DNA of 64,000 bases from an uncultured Bdellovibrionales bacterium (GTDB lineage Bacteria; Patescibacteriota; Minisyncoccia; Moranbacterales; UBA1568), in NCBI GenBank assembly GCA_964384235.1, contig CAYLJX010000001.1, positions 169,110 to 233,109 of the forward strand. Reading direction: 5' to 3'. The position numbers and the translations under genes are program-made. Below the pieces are notes generated by a model. The model ran no database searches. It had not been told where the DNA came from and saw only the letters and a list, made by a program, of their open reading frames with translations. Shown piece by piece: positions 1 through 7,029 of the stretch (within the stretch, counting starts at the first letter, position 1; every line of letters begins with the position of its first letter).

Positions 1-1721
1 CGAGAGTGTTCAGTCTGACGATTTCCGAGGGAGAGCACTATCGGGAAGTAGCCGAGCGCAACAGCCTCCGGCGGCTCGTCATCCCGGCGCCGCGAGGCAT
101 CCTGTATGACCGCTTCGGCAAGCCCCTGGTGCGGAACGTCCCGAGCACGGACGCGATCCTGGTGCCGGCGGACGTCCCGGCGGACGAGGCGAGGGTCGGA
201 ACTATCAAGGAAACGCTTCGGACGACGTTTCATCTGGAAGGCGGGATGCTCGATGAGCTCTTTGACAGGATCGATCGTCAATCGGTCAATCCGATCCTTC
301 TCAAGGAACGTGTCGATCAGGAGGAGATGCTGGTATTCCTGGGGCGCAGTCGCGAGCTTCCGGGCATACGTCTCTTTCAGACGACGCATCGCGAATATAC
401 CGATAGCCTCATCTTCTCTCATATTCTCGGATATGAGGGCAAGATCAAGAAAGAAGAACTGGCGGAACACCCGGACTATCTTCTGACGGATTCCATCGGC
501 AAGCAGGGGGTGGAAAAGAGTTACGAGTCGGCGCTTCGCGGCACGCACGGATTTCAGCAGGTCGAGGTGGACTCGCTCGGTCAGGTGAAGAAGGAGCTCG
601 GCATCATACAGCCGAAGACTGGGAACGACCTCATTCTCAACATCGATGCCGACCTACAGAAAAAGACCTTCGATACGCTCCAGTCGCTCCTTGAAAAACA
701 GGATCTCAAGAGCGCGGCGGCCATCGCGATCGATCCCAGGGACGGGTCGGTCCTGTCGCTTGTCAGTCTGCCGAGTTTCGACAACAATCTCTTCGCCCAA
801 GGGATCTCCTCGGAGGATTACCGGGGACTGGTGAACGATGCGGCGAAACCACTCTTCAACCGGGCGATCGCCGGCGAGTACCCGCCCGGTTCGACGATCA
901 AGCCGGTGATGGCGGTCGCGGCCCTTTCGGAAGGAGTGGTGACAGAGCATACGGAGATCGAGAGTAGGGGGGGTATCAGTATCGGCAAGTTCTTCTTCGG
1001 CGACTGGAAGGCACACGGTTTCACGGATATCCGGCGGGCGATCGCGGTGTCGAGCGACGTGTATTTCTACTCGGTCGGCGGGGGATACGGCGGTATCCGG
1101 GGACTCGGAATGGAACGGATGAAGGAATACGAGAACCGTTTCGGGTACGGGGAAAAGACCGGTATCGACCTGCCTGGTGAGGCGGACGGCTTCCTGCCCG
1201 ATCCGGAATGGAAGAAGGCGAAGATCGGCGAGCGTTGGTATATCGGTGACGACTACCATGCGGCCATCGGGCAGGGATTCGTCACGGCGACCCCTCTGCA
1301 GATCGTCAATTCCATCGCCGCCATCGCGAACGGCGGGACGCTCTATGCGCCCCGGCTGGTTTCCCAGGTCCGTTCTCCCGACGGCAAGGTGATTCCCGTT
1401 CCTCAGACGGTTCTTCGTAAGGACTTCGCCGATGCGAATATCCTTCGCATCGTCCGCGAAGGCATGCGCGAGACCGTGACGGAAGGGACGGCTCAGCCGC
1501 TCAACAGTCTTTCCGTCGAGGTGGCCGGCAAGACCGGAACAGCCCAGTTCGGCAATGAGAACAAGACGCACGGATGGTTCGTGTCGTTCGCGCCTTTTGA
1601 CAAGCCGCGGATCGCCATGATCGTCCTGGTTGAGGGGCAGGGTGAGGAGGGATACAATGCCGTCCCGGTGACGAAAGAAGTGTATGAGTGGTATTTTTCC
1701 CGTCCTGATACTGCAAATTGA
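1..1721 (+). CDS. mrdA: Penicillin-binding protein 2 / peptidoglycan D,D-transpeptidase, 5'-truncated by the window edge (N-terminal TM anchor missing)
   Basis: SxxK motif (GSTIKP), KTGT motif, PBP dimerisation domain (RGILYDRFGKPL). The ORF is open to the window start (frame from nt 6). Confidence 0.9.
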   Translation, partial: RVFSLTISEGEHYREVAERNSLRRLVIPAPRGILYDRFGKPLVRNVPSTDAILVPADVPADEARVGTIKETLRTTFHLEGGMLDELFDRIDRQSVNPILLKERVDQEEMLVFLGRSRELPGIRLFQTTHREYTDSLIFSHILGYEGKIKKEELAEHPDYLLTDSIGKQGVEKSYESALRGTHGFQQVEVDSLGQVKKELGIIQPKTGNDLILNIDADLQKKTFDTLQSLLEKQDLKSAAAIAIDPRDGSVLSLVSLPSFDNNLFAQGISSEDYRGLVNDAAKPLFNRAIAGEYPPGSTIKPVMAVAALSEGVVTEHTEIESRGGISIGKFFFGDWKAHGFTDIRRAIAVSSDVYFYSVGGGYGGIRGLGMERMKEYENRFGYGEKTGIDLPGEADGFLPDPEWKKAKIGERWYIGDDYHAAIGQGFVTATPLQIVNSIAAIANGGTLYAPRLVSQVRSPDGKVIPVPQTVLRKDFADANILRIVREGMRETVTEGTAQPLNSLSVEVAGKTGTAQFGNENKTHGWFVSFAPFDKPRIAMIVLVEGQGEEGYNAVPVTKEVYEWYFSRPDTAN

Positions 1722-1747
1722 GGCTTGTATAAGGGATAAAAAAGCTA

Positions 1748-1775
1748 TTGACAAGGTGGGGCGTTCTGGTAATAT
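1748..1775 (+). promoter_or_regulatory. sigma70-type promoter of greA (TTGACA-16-TAATAT)
   Basis: TTGACA at 1748-1753 and TAATAT at 1770-1775, about 85 nt upstream of the greA ATG. Confidence 0.6.
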
Positions 1776-1806
1776 GGAGGGGACCTAATCACTCTGAATA
1801 CTCATG

Positions 1807-1837
1807 CGCTGCTTTTTTGGAAAGCGGTTTTTCTTTT
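1807..1837 (+). terminator. Intrinsic terminator/attenuator inside the greA leader (GraL-like leader RNA)
   Basis: Stem CUGCUUU/AAAGCGG (7 bp with one G-U), loop UUUGG, then UUUUUCUUUU. It lies between the greA promoter and the greA start codon. Confidence 0.5.
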
Positions 1838-1858
1838 AAGAAAATTACACAAAAGCCT

Positions 1859-2314
1859 ATGGCACGGATTTTTACCGAAGAAGGATTGAAAAAGCTCCAT
1901 GCGGAGCTCGAGGATCGCAAGACCCGTCTCCGTCAGGAGATCGCCGAGTCCATCAAGGAGGCCAAGGAACAGGGAGACCTCTCCGAGAACGCCGAGTACA
2001 GCGAGGCCAAGCATCACCAGAACGAGAACGAGACGCGCATCGCCGAACTCGAAGGCATGCTCAAGGACTCCGTCGTGGCGGCCAAGGAGAAGCGTACCGG
2101 CACGGTCGGTATCGGTTCCAAGCTCACCGTCAAGGTCGCAGGCAAGGAGATGCATTTCGAGATCGTCGGTTCCAACGAAGTCGATCCGGCCAAGGGGAGG
2201 ATTTCCAACGAGTCTCCGCTCGGCAAGGAGTTCATGGGTAAGGGCAAGGGCGACAAGGTGGAAGTCGCCGCTCCCGCCGGCACCGTGAAGTACGAGATTC
2301 TCTCGGTGGAGTAA
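1859..2314 (+). CDS. greA: Transcription elongation factor GreA
   Basis: N-terminal coiled-coil (LKKLHAELEDRKTRLRQEI...GDLSENAEYSEAK) plus C-terminal FKBP-like domain. The ATG at 1859 is in-frame within the longer track ORF 1748..2314. Confidence 0.92.
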   Translation: MARIFTEEGLKKLHAELEDRKTRLRQEIAESIKEAKEQGDLSENAEYSEAKHHQNENETRIAELEGMLKDSVVAAKEKRTGTVGIGSKLTVKVAGKEMHFEIVGSNEVDPAKGRISNESPLGKEFMGKGKGDKVEVAAPAGTVKYEILSVE

Positions 2315-2340
2315 TATCCACGACAAGATGTGATATCAAG

Positions 2341-2376
2341 GTCCCGGGCTCATCCCGGGACTTTCTTCTTTTTTGG
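2341..2376 (+). terminator. Rho-independent terminator after greA
   Basis: GTCCCGGG-CTCAT-CCCGGGAC followed by TTTCTTCTTTTTTGG. Confidence 0.75.
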
Positions 2377-2383
2377 CTTTCCA

Positions 2384-2412
2384 TTGCTTTAAACGGCAGT
2401 ATTCGATACAAT
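2384..2412 (+). promoter_or_regulatory. lysS promoter (TTGCTT-17-TACAAT); the -10 ends only 8 nt before the ATG, so the mRNA is probably leaderless or near-leaderless
   Basis: TTGCTT at 2384-2389, TACAAT at 2407-2412, ATG at 2421. No SD is present. Confidence 0.5.
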
Positions 2413-2420
2413 AGGACCAT

Positions 2421-3881
2421 ATGCGTGAAGACATTCTGACGACAAAACAAGAAAAGCTCTCCAAGCTCCGCGAGGCGTTTGGCGTTGCCTACCCGGAAAA
2501 GACCGCTCGTACCCACTTGGTCGCCGAGGTGCTTTCGAATTTCGATACGCTCTCGACGGACGGAACGGTCGTAACCATCGTCGGTCGCGTGCGTTCCCTT
2601 CGTATGATGGGCAAGATCGGTTTCGTCCATCTCGAGGACGGGAGCGGCAAGATGCAGATCTTCCTTTCTGAACAGGTCACCGGTGCCGACAGGCTCAAGC
2701 TGTTTACCGATACGATCGAGATCGGGGATTTCGTCGAGGCGACCGGCAAGGTGTTTCTCACCAAGAAGGAAGAAAAGACCGTGGAAGTCTCCGAGTGGAA
2801 GGTTCTCGGCAAATCCATGCGTCCCATCCCGACGGAATATTTCGGTCTGGAAGACGAAGAAGAAAAGCTCCGTCGTCGCTATCTTGATCTCCTGATGAAC
2901 CCGGAGACGCGCGAGCTCTTCGTGAAGAAGAACCTCTTCTGGCAGACGGTGCGGACGCTCCTTGCCAATGAGAAGTTTCTCGAGGTGCAGACACCGGTTC
3001 TGGAGCACATTCCGGGTGGAGCCGAGGCGGAACCGTTTACGACCCACCACAATGCCCTCGATCAGGATTTCTATCTGCGCATCTCGCTCGAACTCTCGCT
3101 CAAGCGTCTTCTCGTCGGCGGGTACGAGCGCGTGTTCGAAATCGGTCGCGTCTTCCGCAACGAAGGCATCGACCGTGAGCACCTGCAGGAGTTCGACCAC
3201 ATGGAATTCTATGCGGCCTACATGGACATGGAGCAGGGGATGGCGCTGGTAGAAAAGATGTACAAGGAAATCGTCCGCTCTGTGACTGACGGCACGATGG
3301 TGACGGAATACGAAGACGAAAAGATCGACTGGAGCAAGCCCTTCCCGCGAGTGGATTATTTCACGGAATTCAAGAAAGAGACCGGTATCGATCTTTCCGA
3401 TGACGTGACAGTTGAGGAAATCAAAAAGAAAGCCGATGAACTCGGCATCAAGTATGAGGCGAACTACGGGTTGGGTCGAATGATCGACACGCTCTACAAA
3501 AAGACCGTGCGTCAGAGGCTCATCCAGCCGTGCTTCCTCGTCGGACACCCGCTTGCGGTCTCGCCGCTCGCCAAGGTCGATCCGACCGATCCGAAAAAAG
3601 TACTCCGTTTCCAGCCAGTCGCCGCAAAGAGCGAGCTCGGGAACGGCTTCGCGGAACTCAATGACCCCGAGGACCAGCGTCGGCGTTTCGAGGAGCAGAT
3701 GAAGCTCCGCGCCGCAGGTGACGCGGAGGGGATGATGCTCGACGAGGATTTCCTCCAGGCCCTCGAATACGGCATGCCGCCGGCCTGCGGCTTCGGCATG
3801 AGCGAGCGCCTCTTCGCCATCCTCATGAACCGTTCCGTCCGCGAAACCGTCATCTTCCCGCCGATGAAGGGGAGGGAGTAG
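2421..3881 (+). CDS. lysS: Lysyl-tRNA synthetase, class II
   Basis: OB-fold anticodon-binding N-terminus and class II motifs (FRNEGID..HNPEFT-like region, GGYERVFEIGRVFRNEG, GFGMSERL). 486 aa. Confidence 0.95.
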   Translation: MREDILTTKQEKLSKLREAFGVAYPEKTARTHLVAEVLSNFDTLSTDGTVVTIVGRVRSLRMMGKIGFVHLEDGSGKMQIFLSEQVTGADRLKLFTDTIEIGDFVEATGKVFLTKKEEKTVEVSEWKVLGKSMRPIPTEYFGLEDEEEKLRRRYLDLLMNPETRELFVKKNLFWQTVRTLLANEKFLEVQTPVLEHIPGGAEAEPFTTHHNALDQDFYLRISLELSLKRLLVGGYERVFEIGRVFRNEGIDREHLQEFDHMEFYAAYMDMEQGMALVEKMYKEIVRSVTDGTMVTEYEDEKIDWSKPFPRVDYFTEFKKETGIDLSDDVTVEEIKKKADELGIKYEANYGLGRMIDTLYKKTVRQRLIQPCFLVGHPLAVSPLAKVDPTDPKKVLRFQPVAAKSELGNGFAELNDPEDQRRRFEEQMKLRAAGDAEGMMLDEDFLQALEYGMPPACGFGMSERLFAILMNRSVRETVIFPPMKGRE

Positions 3882-4009
3882 GTATTTTGTATCATGTATC
3901 ATGTAGTATGTATGGAGCAGCCTTGCCAGATGTATAAAAATGAATTAGAGTTTCTTATGCTTTCCGTCGCGTAATACACAATACGGTATACGTGATACAA
4001 ATGAATTTT

Positions 4010-4086
4010 GGACAATTAGCTCAGTTGGTTAGAGCACAGCATTCACATTGCTGGGGTCGCTGGTTCGAATCCAGCATTGTCCACCA
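4010..4086 (+). tRNA. tRNA-Val (anticodon CAC), CCA encoded
   Basis: Cloverleaf read by eye: acceptor GGACAAT/ATTGTCC, D arm GCTC..GAGC, anticodon stem CAGCA/TGCTG with loop TTCACAT, T arm GCTGG-TTCGAAT-CCAGC, 3' ACCA. Confidence 0.85.
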
Positions 4087-4100
4087 TTTTTTGAAGAAGT

Positions 4101-4619
4101 ATGACGCTTGAGGAATATCGGTTCGAGCGGGCGGTTAAGGGATGGAATATCTTTTTCTCGTTTCTCTTTGCCATACTTCTGGTTCTTGGTATCCTCTTCT
4201 TGCAGAAGACCGATACGCTTCCGGACAAGGTCGATCTCTTTGATTTCTCTCTCCTTATCCTTGCGACGTTTCGTCTCATCCGACTCTTCGTTTACGACCA
4301 CATCACGCTTTTCATCCGGGAGTGGTTCATGGACCGGCACGTGGTGAAGTATCTGGAGGAGGGCGGTGTAGCCGACATCTCGTTCGTTCCGTCCAAGAAT
4401 CCTCTCAAGGCGACCGTTTCCAAACTGCTCGGCTGCCCATGGTGCCTCGGCGTGTGGATCGCCGCCGCGGTGACGCTTCTCTACTTTGCGTTTCCGGAAT
4501 TTTGGATCGTTTTCTTCGTGCTCGCCATCGCCGGCGTCGCAAGCTTCCTCCAGATTCTCGTCAACCTCATCGGCTGGAGCGCCGAGAGGAAGAAACAAGA
4601 GGCACAAAAGGAAATGTGA
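4101..4619 (+). CDS. DUF1360-family integral membrane protein
   Basis: Multi-TM protein with the CPWCLGVW motif typical of DUF1360. Its TGA stop overlaps the next start (ATGTGATATG). Confidence 0.6.
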   Translation: MTLEEYRFERAVKGWNIFFSFLFAILLVLGILFLQKTDTLPDKVDLFDFSLLILATFRLIRLFVYDHITLFIREWFMDRHVVKYLEEGGVADISFVPSKNPLKATVSKLLGCPWCLGVWIAAAVTLLYFAFPEFWIVFFVLAIAGVASFLQILVNLIGWSAERKKQEAQKEM

Positions 4620-4620
4620 T

Positions 4621-5115
4621 ATGCGTACCATTCGCAAGGAAGAAAAATATCCGTTGGCGCTCCTTGAGACATATCTGTCGGTGGTCGAAAAGAGTGTCGG
4701 ATCGGAAATGTTTCGTACGCTCTATGTCCGCAAGGGGAGGAGACTCGTCGATGTCATCGATAACGGCGATTTGGCCTGTGCGTACTTTGTCTCGGCGATC
4801 CTGCACCTTTTCGGTCTCATCAGAGGGGGTGTCCACACGACCGTCAAGGAAACGGAGCGCGACATGATAGCTTCCGGATGGGAACGGATCGCTCGTCCGA
4901 AGAAGGGGTGTATCATCTTCTGGACATGGAAGATGGGAACGGACGGCGCGCCGCATCGCCATCTCGGATTTTATATGGGGAAGGACGAGGCTATAAGTAA
5001 CAGTTCCGAGCACAAAGTGCCGACGCGGCACCACTTCACTTACGGAAAAGAAAAGGGCAAACCGGCAAGAAAAATCGAAGCCCTCTACTCCCATCCCCGC
5101 CTGTCTGAACGCTGA
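4621..5115 (+). CDS. Hypothetical protein, possible Cys/His hydrolase fold (D-x-G-D-L-A-C ... H-R-H-L-G-F-Y)
   Basis: The ATG at 4621 follows the DUF1360 stop (translational coupling); the track ORF 4486..5115 extends upstream without RBS support. No confident family assignment. Confidence 0.45.
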   Translation: MRTIRKEEKYPLALLETYLSVVEKSVGSEMFRTLYVRKGRRLVDVIDNGDLACAYFVSAILHLFGLIRGGVHTTVKETERDMIASGWERIARPKKGCIIFWTWKMGTDGAPHRHLGFYMGKDEAISNSSEHKVPTRHHFTYGKEKGKPARKIEALYSHPRLSER

Positions 5116-5299
5116 CCTTTGCCGTTTTTCCGTAAAAACGCTACACTGAAGACTGTTTGAAGCTAAGAAGCTATGCCCGGTAGTAGAACTTCGACCGAGC
5201 ACTCAGAACTGTTACAAAAAGGGAGATATTTTCGATAAAGCAAGAATTAATTCAACTTCCTCGATTTCAGGAGAGATTGTCGAAGTTTCACTACCGGGT

Positions 5300-6625
5300 A
5301 TGCTCGATATCCAATTCATCCGTGAGAACCAGGACGCCGTCCGGAAGGCCGCTGCCGATAAGGGGTTGGATTTCGATCTGGCTACTCTCTTGGCTACGGA
5401 TCAGCAGCGAGTCGCACTTCTCCAGGAGATCGAAGAATTGAAGTCTCTCAAAAACGACATCAACGATCTCATCCAACAGACCAAGACGCAGGAAGAGCGA
5501 GATGAGATCATCATGAAGGGCAAGGAGATCAAGGCCAAGCTCGATGAACGGGAACCGCAGTTCACGGCGGTGAAGCGTACCTATGATGCCTTGATGGCCC
5601 AGGTGCCCAACATCCCATCCGAAGACACGCCCGTCGGGAAGAGCGACGCGGAAAACAAGGAAGTCTACGTCTCCGGTCCGGTGCCGACGTTCGAGTTCAC
5701 GCCGCGCACGCACATCGAACTCGGGAAGATGCTCGATATCCTCGATCTGGAACGAGGTGCCAAGGTGTCCGGCTATCGCGGCTACTACCTCAAGAACGAA
5801 GGCGCTCTCCTCGTCATGGGACTGATGAGCTATGCGCTCCAGAAGATGGTGGCCAAAGGTTACACGCCCATGATTCCGCCGACCTTGGTGAAATCTTTTC
5901 CGCTTTTCGGGAGCGGCTACTTCAAGGGTCTCGAGTATAACGGCGAGGTGGACGAGATCTACCAGGTCGCGACCTCTGACAAGGAAGCGGACGGCAGCAT
6001 GAGCAAGGAGCAGAAATTCCTCGTTGGGACCGCCGAACCGTCGCTCCTCTCATACTATTCCGGCGAGATCCTGGAGGAAAAGGATCTGCCGCTGCGACTC
6101 GCGGGATACAGCCAGTGCTATAGAAGCGAAATCGGTTCCTACGGCAAGGATACCAAGGGCATGTACCGCGTGCATGAGTTCATGAAGGTGGAACAGGTGG
6201 TGATCGCGCCGACGGATCTCGAGCTCGTCGACAGGCTGCAGGAAGAGATGATCGGTATTTCGGAGGAGATGCACCGGGAGCTTGGCCTTTCCTATCGCAA
6301 GATCCAGATCTGCACCGGGGACATGAGCGCCGGCAAGTACCGCGCGTTCGATCTGGAGGCCTGGATGCCCGGGATGAACCGCTACGGCGAGACCGGATCA
6401 GCCTCGAACTTTCTCGATTGGCAGGCGAGGCGTCTCAACGTCAAATACAAGGACGCCAAGACCGGCGAGAAGAAGTATGCCTATCTTCTCAACAACACCG
6501 CGCTCCCGAGTCCGCGCATCTTCATCGCCATCCTCGAGAATTACCAGCGCGCCGACGGTTCGGTCGTCATCCCGGAAGTCCTCCATCCCTTCGTCGGGAA
6601 GGAACTGATCGAACCGAAGAAGTGA
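5300..6625 (+). CDS. serS: Seryl-tRNA synthetase
   Basis: N-terminal coiled-coil (MLDIQFIRENQDAV...) and class II core (RVHEF.KVEQV, GDMSAGKYRAFDLEAWMPG, TALPSPRIFIAILE). Confidence 0.95.
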   Translation: MLDIQFIRENQDAVRKAAADKGLDFDLATLLATDQQRVALLQEIEELKSLKNDINDLIQQTKTQEERDEIIMKGKEIKAKLDEREPQFTAVKRTYDALMAQVPNIPSEDTPVGKSDAENKEVYVSGPVPTFEFTPRTHIELGKMLDILDLERGAKVSGYRGYYLKNEGALLVMGLMSYALQKMVAKGYTPMIPPTLVKSFPLFGSGYFKGLEYNGEVDEIYQVATSDKEADGSMSKEQKFLVGTAEPSLLSYYSGEILEEKDLPLRLAGYSQCYRSEIGSYGKDTKGMYRVHEFMKVEQVVIAPTDLELVDRLQEEMIGISEEMHRELGLSYRKIQICTGDMSAGKYRAFDLEAWMPGMNRYGETGSASNFLDWQARRLNVKYKDAKTGEKKYAYLLNNTALPSPRIFIAILENYQRADGSVVIPEVLHPFVGKELIEPKK

Positions 6626-6660
6626 TGAATAGGGAAGTGTGAGATATGAGATACGAAAAA

Positions 6661-6687
6661 GACCCCGAAAGAGGGTCTTTTATTTTG
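6661..6687. terminator. Bidirectional Rho-independent terminator (serS on + strand, structured element on - strand)
   Basis: GACCC-CGAAAGA-GGGTC, followed by TTTTATTTT on the + strand and TTTTTCGT on the - strand. Confidence 0.75.
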
Positions 6688-6705
6688 GTGGGTCGTGCAG
6701 GGATC
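6688..6705. repeat. 18-bp direct repeat identical to the 3' end of tRNA-Lys (copy 1; attR/attL-like)
   Basis: gtgggtcgtgcagggatc occurs at 6688-6705 and again at 6872-6889 in the same orientation. Confidence 0.8.
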
Positions 6706-6871
6706 TCACTACTCGGCCTTCGGCCTGCGTTCTGAGAACCCACGGTTCTCAGCGCTTCGCTGCTCTCCCCCTACGGGAAAACAGATGTTTTCCCGACCCC
6801 TTTCTTGTTCGCTCCCTGCACGACTATAATCTGAAAGCCTCCCTGACAGGGAGGCTCTCACGGATTACAAT
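6706..6871. other. Highly structured 166-bp non-coding segment enclosed by the tRNA-Lys 3'-end direct repeats
   Basis: Multiple strong hairpins (GGCC-UUCG-GCC; CUGAGAACC-CAC-GGUUCUCAG; GGGAAAACA..UGUUUUCCC; AGCCUCCC-UGACA-GGGAGGCU). A 12-nt segment (ctccctgcacgac, 6812-6824) is the inverse complement of part of the direct repeat. Confidence 0.5.
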
Positions 6872-6889
6872 GTGGGTCGTGCAGGGATC
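6872..6889. repeat. 18-bp direct repeat (copy 2), overlapping the 3' end of the tRNA-Lys gene
   Basis: Identical to 6688-6705. Confidence 0.8.
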
Positions 6890-6945
6890 GAACCTGCGAC
6901 CGTTGGCTTAAAAGGCCACTGCTCTACCGACTGAGCTAACGACCC
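6873..6945 (-). tRNA. tRNA-Lys (anticodon UUU)
   Basis: The reverse complement reads GGGTCGTTAGCTCAGTCGGTAGAGCAGTGGCCTTTTAAGCCAACGGTCGCAGGTTCGATCCCTGCACGACCCA: a canonical cloverleaf with anticodon loop CUUUUAA, closely resembling textbook bacterial tRNA-Lys. Confidence 0.9.
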
Positions 6946-7029
6946 GAAACATAACGTGTCTATTCTAAAAAATTTATAGCAAGAAGTCAATTATTTTGCT
7001 ACAATACGGGCATATCAGTCAATCTCTCT

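Noticed and set aside
654-1754. Long antisense ORFs opposite confident genes (e.g. 654..1754-, 2232..3902-, 8775..10013-, 10045..11742-, 12047..13753-, 17911..18558+, 20821..21594-, 22460..23167-, 23360..24418-, 26382..27200-, 28523..29494-, 42500..43633-, 47540..48475-, 48681..49883-, 55583..56377+, 56668..58020-, 58079..59104-, 61339..62544+)
   Set aside because: Typical high-GC antisense artefacts. Each overlaps a sense-strand gene with clear conserved motifs; their own translations are low-complexity Arg/Pro/Gly-rich with no RBS or promoter support.
5116-5299. T-box riboswitch leaders upstream of serS, lysS and gltX
   Set aside because: No AGGGUGGNACCGCG T-box sequence or specifier-loop architecture was found in any of the three leaders.
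6688-6871. tmRNA, SRP RNA, RNase P RNA or intron-containing tRNA as explanation for the structured element next to tRNA-Lys
   Set aside because: Too short for tmRNA/RNase P, with no tag-peptide reading frame. The SRP domain-IV motif (GGAA tetraloop with AGCAGC context) is absent. The 3' T-loop-like segment (UGAGAUC) deviates from the T-loop consensus, and the 5' and 3' ends would form a continuous 12-bp helix without a T-loop. It is kept only as a repeat-flanked structured element.
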